From: an uncultured Nitrososphaeraceae archaeon
GTDB taxonomy: Archaea; Thermoproteota; Nitrososphaeria; Nitrososphaerales; Nitrososphaeraceae
Reading direction: 5' to 3'
NCBI GenBank assembly: GCA_963765895.1
Contig: CAVXZB010000078.1
Location: 1-64,000, forward strand
Length of the DNA: 64,000 nt
In this document: one piece after another, positions 57,569 to 64,000 of the stretch
Position numbering within the stretch: the stretch's first letter is position 1
Layout of the letters: the number at the start of each line of letters is the position of its first letter
The notes under the pieces: generated by a model
Databases searched by the model: none
Told to the model about the DNA's origin: nothing
What the model saw: only the letters and a program-made list of their open reading frames with translations
Translations under genes and position numbers: made by a program

Positions 57569-57712
57569 AAAAAATTAGATGAACTATCCTGATGAAATAT
57601 TGATGACGTATATATGGACAAGCAAAGTCGAGGCAATAATTAGTAGTCCTACAGGAGATCAAATTGGAAAATTCCTGAAAGGTCTTTATAGCGCAGACAT
57701 AGATCTACAACA

Positions 57713-57919
57713 TTGCCAGTTCAGAAGAGCACTATGTTATTTTTAGTTATAATTGCAGGCTCAGCGGGTATATTCGGTTTATTTATGTCATCATTGCACT
57801 CCTCATTTTTTTTCCTTTTATTGTCAGTGCCTAATTTCGTAATTGCCTCCTTTTTTGGCTACAAGTATTACTCATTCAACAAAGCCTCGACGTACAAATC
57901 TACTCATCATGGTAAATAA
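57713..57919 (+). CDS. small 2-TM membrane protein
   Basis: Two hydrophobic helices. Confidence 0.55.
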   Translation: MPVQKSTMLFLVIIAGSAGIFGLFMSSLHSSFFFLLLSVPNFVIASFFGYKYYSFNKASTYKSTHHGK

Positions 57920-58650
57920 TTTTCTTTACCATGGAAACTCGAGCCGATAATCAGGGACTACCTAATAGTCATAATTCTAATCAGCATGATTAATCAACCC
58001 TATCTATGGAATTAGGTTATGGTCGTAAGTAAGCTAGACCAGTCTAGGACAGTCTTTCTATTCATGTCTGGTTGAGAAAAAATTAATTTTAATTATATAT
58101 TCCAGCCCCAGATAGGGGATGCCCAAGCAGGGAGATGAACTCAGACACACCTTACTTCTCTCTTTACGCAATCAGTTCTAGTGTCAGTCTTTAAATTAGG
58201 GGTTTCCAAAAACCTTTGAATATTATGCCTCAACTAGCTCTGAAAATAAAGATCGCTTTATTTTCCATCTATGTCAAACAGAGCTATCTTTGATTTAACG
58301 TTTGTAGATCTGATTAGAATCTCCTCCTAGTTTGCTCTCTAACCAAACCGTTTAGTAACCGTTTCCTAGCAGACAGCTGAGATACTATTTGCGATCATAA
58401 CTCGATACTAGGTATCCAAATCAATAGCCCTTTTATCCCTCCTGTACTGTTATATGATGAGTGAAAGTAATTACTAGGTAGTATTAAACGAGTTATAGTT
58501 GAATGACTCTCATTCTTGCTAACGCGGTCTAAGCCAGGTGGAAAATTTTTCATGGATCCTCTTGACCAGGATCATTTATATATTAGGCGAATTTAAATAA
58601 CAGGAATTTCTAGCCGATACATATTTTCCATTTCAAAAGATACATAGGAT

Positions 58651-58926
58651 TTAGGTTAAAGTAGGAGTCAACTTCTCCTTTCTCGCCATATATAATAAGA
58701 CTAGACCAAATAACAAGAGGACTAGAGCAAGACCTTGGGCCCCGCCATTAGGTATGGTGAGCAGGTAAATGATGGAAAATATAATACTTGCAACGGCCTG
58801 GATAGCGTACTTTAACGATTCAGCCAAATTTATTTTTCTTGCAATATAACCTATCGCAAAGATTACTGCAGTAGGATAAATAGTAAGTAAAATGAATTCA
58901 TCTATATCAATTCCATTGTGTGTCAA
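58651..58926 (-). CDS. small 3-TM membrane protein
   Basis: Hydrophobic helices, PNGGAQGLA loop. Confidence 0.75.
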   Translation of the reverse strand: MTHNGIDIDEFILLTIYPTAVIFAIGYIARKINLAESLKYAIQAVASIIFSIIYLLTIPNGGAQGLALVLLLFGLVLLYMARKEKLTPTLT

Positions 58927-59418
58927 TTTGGTACGAACTAAATAACTAGTCGTATAATAAAATACTTTACTTTGATTAAATAAGTGGTATATGAACCAGC
59001 TTAATTATTTGAATTACTCTATCATAATGATAAACAAAGTCTATTATCCATGTTTCATCAAACAGTAACAAAGGTATCATACGATTTTGTATTCGGCTAA
59101 TTTTTAGAGTTAGGTAAATTCTCGGGATTGTATCATTCTTTACGTATCTGTCAAGGCAGCAAAAAGAGGTAAAATGTTTTATATCGTCGAGCATAATAAC
59201 ACCAACTTAATTCAGTATTTCTGATTTTGTATCGGCCTGACGGTTTTCATGATGTGTAGTACAGCCTTAAAACACAAGTAAATGTAAATATAGATCATAA
59301 TAAGCATTAAATGAATACTCAAGTGAATAATCTCTAAGATTCTATAAAATTTGTTGTAGCAGCTCCTCCCTCCCTCTCTGAAGCGGGTTATATGCTATAA
59401 TAATTAGCAGAATGAACT

Positions 59419-59664
59419 TTGGATATGCAGAGGAAGAAACCCTCGGTATACGTCCGACTTGATACTTTCCAGGTAGAGGGAGTGAATGATATCGAAATGG
59501 AAAGAGGTCCAAGACTGATACACCGCCGGCTACAATGTCCTCGTTGTCATGTTATAATGACCTCATCGTCAGAATTTGATAGATTGGACTATTTATGCAA
59601 ACAATGTAGTTTCTTAGTCCATCTACCCAGAAAATGGGCTGAAAAGTACCTTCGTTTACACTAG
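59419..59664 (+). CDS. small zinc-ribbon protein
   Basis: CPRC..YLCKQC; the start may be later. Confidence 0.6.
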   Translation: MDMQRKKPSVYVRLDTFQVEGVNDIEMERGPRLIHRRLQCPRCHVIMTSSSEFDRLDYLCKQCSFLVHLPRKWAEKYLRLH

Positions 59665-59789
59665 TTTACATAAAAAGCACCACAGGAGAATTCGAAAGTA
59701 CGCTTTAACTCCTCCAAAAGAGGCATATCAAATGATGGCTACAGATTGGTTAGATAATGCAGCATGTTCATTCATCGGTGTAGGCAGTG

Positions 59790-59811
59790 GACATAACCGG
59801 ATGGTTATGTC
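59790..59811. other. perfect 9-bp hairpin/palindrome GACATAACC-GGAT-GGTTATGTC
   Basis: Seen directly; function unknown. Confidence 0.5.
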
Positions 59812-60617
59812 GCTACCTTGTTCTTTCATAAAATAAATGACCCCCGTGTGAAGCGAACAATTTTCTGTATACCATTGTATACATTAACTACGAATTAGTC
59901 ATTTGAGTTGTCGCTATCAGGATTAGGGCACACGGGCTTCACGGCCACGTCAGCTGGTAAAGAATCCTTCTAGAAGTTATATTAGATTTCGAATGATTAG
60001 CCCCATTAGTTCTCGTATTTCCGCATCTTTCAGATATTACTTCACGCATCGATTTGTCTGTTCCCTTTTTGTATCAGTCGTAGCCCGAGCACGGAATCAG
60101 TATAGTGAGGATCCCGTTCGAACAGCTAAATTAAAATGATGAATTAGTATTAAATCAAACGCCTGTATGGGTATGCGCTACTAGGATCCAAACCTGCCCT
60201 GCAGGGATATTCGTTGTTGTGACGTATTGTAATTCTTTAAATTGCGCCAGTAAATTCAATCTAACCTGTTAGATGTATCATCGTACTGCTACTTTCAGTT
60301 GGTGTTACCGCAACTTTCAAACGCATTAACCATAGGAATTTATACTTTGTCATCCCTGGATTAGCAATTTAAAGACAAGACGTAACATAGTAGGATTTCA
60401 TACATCTAACTAATATCTATCAAGTTATTACTTTCACCATATATGGAAACTGTACTGATCTTACAAAATGTGATCTATAACAAATTGCGTAACGATTTGT
60501 ATGCTTTATGCTCATCTCGCTGTATTTCCTACTATAAAGAGACCAATTGGCAAATGTTACAAAAACAAATTATTTAGCTTTATAGATTACATCATAGGGT
60601 ATTAGAATATGCTAAAT

Positions 60618-61193
60618 TCAATACTCAATATCAATTTCTATCGCTATACCAGCCTCAATTAAAGAACGAGCATTTTCAAATGGCAATATTGTCACATCTT
60701 CACCAAGAAATGGCCCATAACGTATCATATCTACTCCCAAGAATTGCCCAAAGGGTTTGACAAATCTTATCGCCACTTTTTTTGAACGTATTTTCTCCGA
60801 CAGCATCTCCATCATCAATGCCCTGCCTTTAAGCATACTTGACAGGATGATATCTTGTCTTTTCTCATATTCGGTTTTTGCATCCAGAATGTATTTCTCC
60901 TCCTCTGTGAGTCTAGAATAGTCTAAAGTATGGGTCAATTTGGATGATGAAACGTTGTTGCTAATAGAGTAAAAAATCTTGTTCCTACGGATATCAAACA
61001 ATAGCTTACCGGCCAAGGAGATGAGTTCAATTAATCTGTCTGTAACATCTTTTTCCAAACCATCAGAAATATTATTCATCAGCCTCGCCAAACTTGTTGC
61101 AATCCTCCTGTAAGTATCGAGAGGAATTGCCTGCAATTCATCAACTTGATGTTCCTTAATTACAAGGCTACAAACATCACCAAGTGTGAGTAG
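60618..61193 (-). CDS. gins51: GINS complex subunit (Gins51/Gins15 type)
   Basis: C-terminal VAIRF..FLGVDMIRYGPF..DVTILPFENARSLI; frame open to 61223, start codon uncertain. Confidence 0.88.
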   Translation of the reverse strand, partial: LLTLGDVCSLVIKEHQVDELQAIPLDTYRRIATSLARLMNNISDGLEKDVTDRLIELISLAGKLLFDIRRNKIFYSISNNVSSSKLTHTLDYSRLTEEEKYILDAKTEYEKRQDIILSSMLKGRALMMEMLSEKIRSKKVAIRFVKPFGQFLGVDMIRYGPFLGEDVTILPFENARSLIEAGIAIEIDIEY

Positions 61194-61935
61194 GACTTCG
61201 CCACCCCCCTTTTCGGTGTTTTGTTATTTGTTAAGTCTAATTTAATTTCTCACCACTTGACTGACTATCTTACCTTTACCCGTAAATGTATATCACCTTA
61301 TTAAAAGATTGAATTGCGAGCAATGTAAGCATGAATAGGCATATCCAAATAGCCTTGAACTAAAAGAAGTCACTCCGCATTCATTTTCATAAGTTATGAG
61401 TCATATATAAGATGGATTCGTGTATATTCGGTAGTCCTAAGAATATATGCGGATCAATATTCTCATTTCTTGACCTCAAGAACCTTCCAGAGAAACTGCC
61501 TATAATTATTTTGCGTTATTATTATTGTTATCATGATCAAAATATGCCATTGTGAGTACATCGTGTGCTTTCCAGGTACTCGCCGTCAAATGACGACATA
61601 TGCCATCGGTCTGTTTAAAAATCTAAGAGTCGGGACTATAGACAAATTTAACCAGTATGTTATGGATTTGGGGGAAAATCAATGTATCTGCGGATATACC
61701 TGTTAATTTCTAGAATTTTCTATCGTTTATATTTTGAACGTTAAGGATTAAAATGAAGGTCGTCTAAATGATTCCTGGTTTCCGAAGTTGAACTGCTAGC
61801 AAGAACCGCAAATTCCAACTCGGGGTGCGATTAATAATTGTTAAGAAAGGGGGCAATTCTAAAGAAGTTATTGCGATTCAAATATTGCTCCGAATTGTGT
61901 ACGTTTAAAAGAGGTATTATGAATTTCCTTATCGA

Positions 61936-62028
61936 GGGGCTATCGTCTAGCTTGGTCAAGGATACCATCTCTATTAGGGTATAGGCCTGGGGCGCTGGCG
62001 GTCGTGGGTTCGAATCCCACTGGCCCCA
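61936..62028 (+). tRNA. tRNA-Pro(GGG) with 17-nt intron at position 29/30 (61968-61984)
   Basis: Acceptor GGGGCTA/TGGCCCC; anticodon stem CCA|GC/GCTGG, loop CTGGGGC; T arm GTGGG-TTCGAAT-CCCAC; TTTAAAA at 61904. Confidence 0.95.
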
Positions 62029-62077
62029 TACCAAACTTGTCATATTATTAGGCACCACTATAATACATTATATAGGG

Positions 62078-63385
62078 ATGGCAGACACAACATTTGCGAA
62101 TTCGGTAGCCCAGTCGCAAAGCGCCATATTAGATTCCTCTTCCAATTATTACTCACTATTCAAGTTTTCTATTAGATCAGAAGTAACACGAAAATATTAT
62201 GAAAGAAGAGTCAGATACTTCCTAGACTTCATCAAATTTGAAGTCGATGAGGCCAATATGGAATATCGTTGTAATTCTTTTGCGCGTAAGGCAAATAATG
62301 AATTAAGATGGGTAATAGAGCATATAATAAAATTCTTGCAATTTCAGAAAACTAGAGTCGAAAATCGCGATATCACTGCTGCAACATTACGCAATTACGT
62401 AAAATCTCTAAAATCATTTTGTGAGATTTGTGAAATGACTATTCCTTGGAAGAAAATAACAAGAGGCTTACCCAGAGGAAGACAGTCATCAACCGACAGG
62501 GCACCCACAATTGATGAAATTCGTAAATTGCTTGACTACCCTGACAGAAGAATAAAACCAATTATTTTCATCATGATCTCTTCGGGTATTCGACTTGGCG
62601 CGTGGGATCTTTTACAGTGGGGAAATGTTGAGCCCATTCTGAACAAAAATGGTGGCATTGAGGGAGCAAAGTTATTGGTCTATGCTGGCGATGTAGAAGA
62701 ATACTATGCCTTTATCACCCCTGAAGCATACGATTCACTAAAGGACTGGATGGATTTTCGTCAAACCTATGGAGAAAAGATAACAACAAAATCGTGGCTA
62801 ATGCGTGATTTATGGCAAACGACAAACATGAATTATGGTGCAAGGTGGGGTCTTGCAACCAACCCAAAAAGACTCAAAAGTAGTGGTATTAAGCGACTTC
62901 TGGAAAGAGCAATATGGGAGGAGGGAATTCGCCAGCCATTAAAAGAGGGCACGAAGCGTCATGAATGGAAAGCAGCGCATGGTTTTCGCAAATTTTATAA
63001 AACTAGAGCAGAGCAAGTTATGAAACCCATTAACGTAGAAATTACTATGGGACATGATATTGGTGTATCGTCTTCCTATTATAAGCCGACTCAAAATGAG
63101 GTCTTAGAAGACTATTTGAAGGTAATTTCTTTACTTACGATAGACAATGGTAATGTGCTTCAAAACCAGATAAAGGAATTAAATGAAAAAAGCAAGGGTA
63201 ATGATTATTTAATCAACGCAAAACTTCAAGAAAAAGATGAACAAATCAAGGTAATCACAGAACAGTTTTCTGAAATTAAGAACCAAATGGAATCGTTATT
63301 ATCATCACTAAGTTCGATGAATGAAACTGAAAAATCCAATTTTGCAAAACAACTGTTTAAGGGCGGACTGTACAGAAGAGACTAA
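62078..63385 (+). CDS. tyrosine recombinase/integrase
   Basis: SSGIRLG (R), HGFRKF (HxxR), MGH, SSYY (Y); starts 49 bp after the tRNA. Confidence 0.95.
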   Translation: MADTTFANSVAQSQSAILDSSSNYYSLFKFSIRSEVTRKYYERRVRYFLDFIKFEVDEANMEYRCNSFARKANNELRWVIEHIIKFLQFQKTRVENRDITAATLRNYVKSLKSFCEICEMTIPWKKITRGLPRGRQSSTDRAPTIDEIRKLLDYPDRRIKPIIFIMISSGIRLGAWDLLQWGNVEPILNKNGGIEGAKLLVYAGDVEEYYAFITPEAYDSLKDWMDFRQTYGEKITTKSWLMRDLWQTTNMNYGARWGLATNPKRLKSSGIKRLLERAIWEEGIRQPLKEGTKRHEWKAAHGFRKFYKTRAEQVMKPINVEITMGHDIGVSSSYYKPTQNEVLEDYLKVISLLTIDNGNVLQNQIKELNEKSKGNDYLINAKLQEKDEQIKVITEQFSEIKNQMESLLSSLSSMNETEKSNFAKQLFKGGLYRRD

Positions 63386-63462
63386 TTAAACAAGATATTT
63401 TCTGAAACTTCTGCTTTAATCTTTGATAACGACAATGAATGCATTCATCAAATTTGCCAAAT

Positions 63463-64000
63463 TTAAAAAATAGTACGCTCTCTCCACTCATGATGACAGT
63501 TTTTGTATAAACTACTATCCCGAGTATTATCTTTTACCCATTCCTTAAAATATTTTTTCTTGTCTTTTTCTAACATTTCAAACAGCCTTGGATAAACATT
63601 CATTAAAGATTCGGATAAATTATTAAGTTCGTTTTTGGCATTTGCCTGCGTGTTAGCATAAGAGGTTCTGAATGACCTTCGAAACTGGTAAAAGATATCC
63701 TGCCAAATGATACCGTGAAATATATTCCTTATTAATTCTTCAGTCTTGGCAAGTTCTATATCTTCGCCATAGGCAATACTACTTTCTATCATGACGTATG
63801 TTATCAACGCCCCTATCACATTAGCAAATCCAAAAAGGGAATTGCCAAGTGGATTTTTATTTTTGAATTTGAAGTCACTCGCGTTGGGTGCTAGGCTTAT
63901 CATAATTTTCTTGCTTCCTATGTATTCTCTTAGGATGGAACCGATATAATCAGGAATGAAGTAACTAAAAACAAAGTCGTCGTCAAATTCTGGGTAGTAC
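63463..64000 (-). CDS. hypothetical cargo protein, 5' end outside the window
   Basis: The frame of ORF 63463-63903 stays open to the window edge. Confidence 0.7.
   Translation of the reverse strand, partial: YYPEFDDDFVFSYFIPDYIGSILREYIGSKKIMISLAPNASDFKFKNKNPLGNSLFGFANVIGALITYVMIESSIAYGEDIELAKTEELIRNIFHGIIWQDIFYQFRRSFRTSYANTQANAKNELNNLSESLMNVYPRLFEMLEKDKKKYFKEWVKDNTRDSSLYKNCHHEWRERTIF

Larger units (their letters stand above)
61990..64000. mobile_element. left end of a tRNA-Pro-integrated element (continues beyond the window)
   Basis: tRNA immediately followed by an intact integrase and uncharacterised cargo; the second att copy is not in the window. Confidence 0.7.

Noticed and set aside
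61985-61998. tRNA-Pro(GGG) acting as a +1 frameshift suppressor for the broken genes
   Set aside because: The anticodon loop is a normal 7 nt and the break sites are not in-frame CCC-N codons
61831-62058. 75-aa minus-strand ORF
   Set aside because: Antisense translation of tRNA-Pro (WDSNPRPP signature)

Overview
AT-rich archaeal chromosome segment. The gene families (GINS, proteasome alpha/beta, aIF1, intron-containing tRNA, many wHTH/RHH and small zinc-finger proteins, frequent TTG/GTG starts) point to an ammonia-oxidising Nitrososphaerota, probably soil Nitrososphaeraceae (inference). It is very gene-poor: my hand tally of credible CDS covers roughly half the window. Contents include an orphan trpA, a RibD_C-like reductase, two secreted His-rich peptides, a copper-radical oxidase, thioredoxin with a Cys-rich regulator, several stand-alone enzymes (isochorismatase family, AKR, methyltransferases, SnoaL), a TMEM175 channel, an SF2 helicase-SWIM fusion, a metallophosphoesterase and a decayed integrase. 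Further along are NhaP, an atypical propeptide-less proteasome beta-alpha operon, a membrane-protein pair with a wHTH, a class III cyclase, GINS, and tRNA-Pro(GGG) with a 29/30 BHB intron followed by an intact tyrosine integrase marking the left end of an integrated element. About seven genes are broken by a single extra base, probably sequencing error. No CRISPR array or rRNA was seen. All family assignments come from motif recognition, not database searches.
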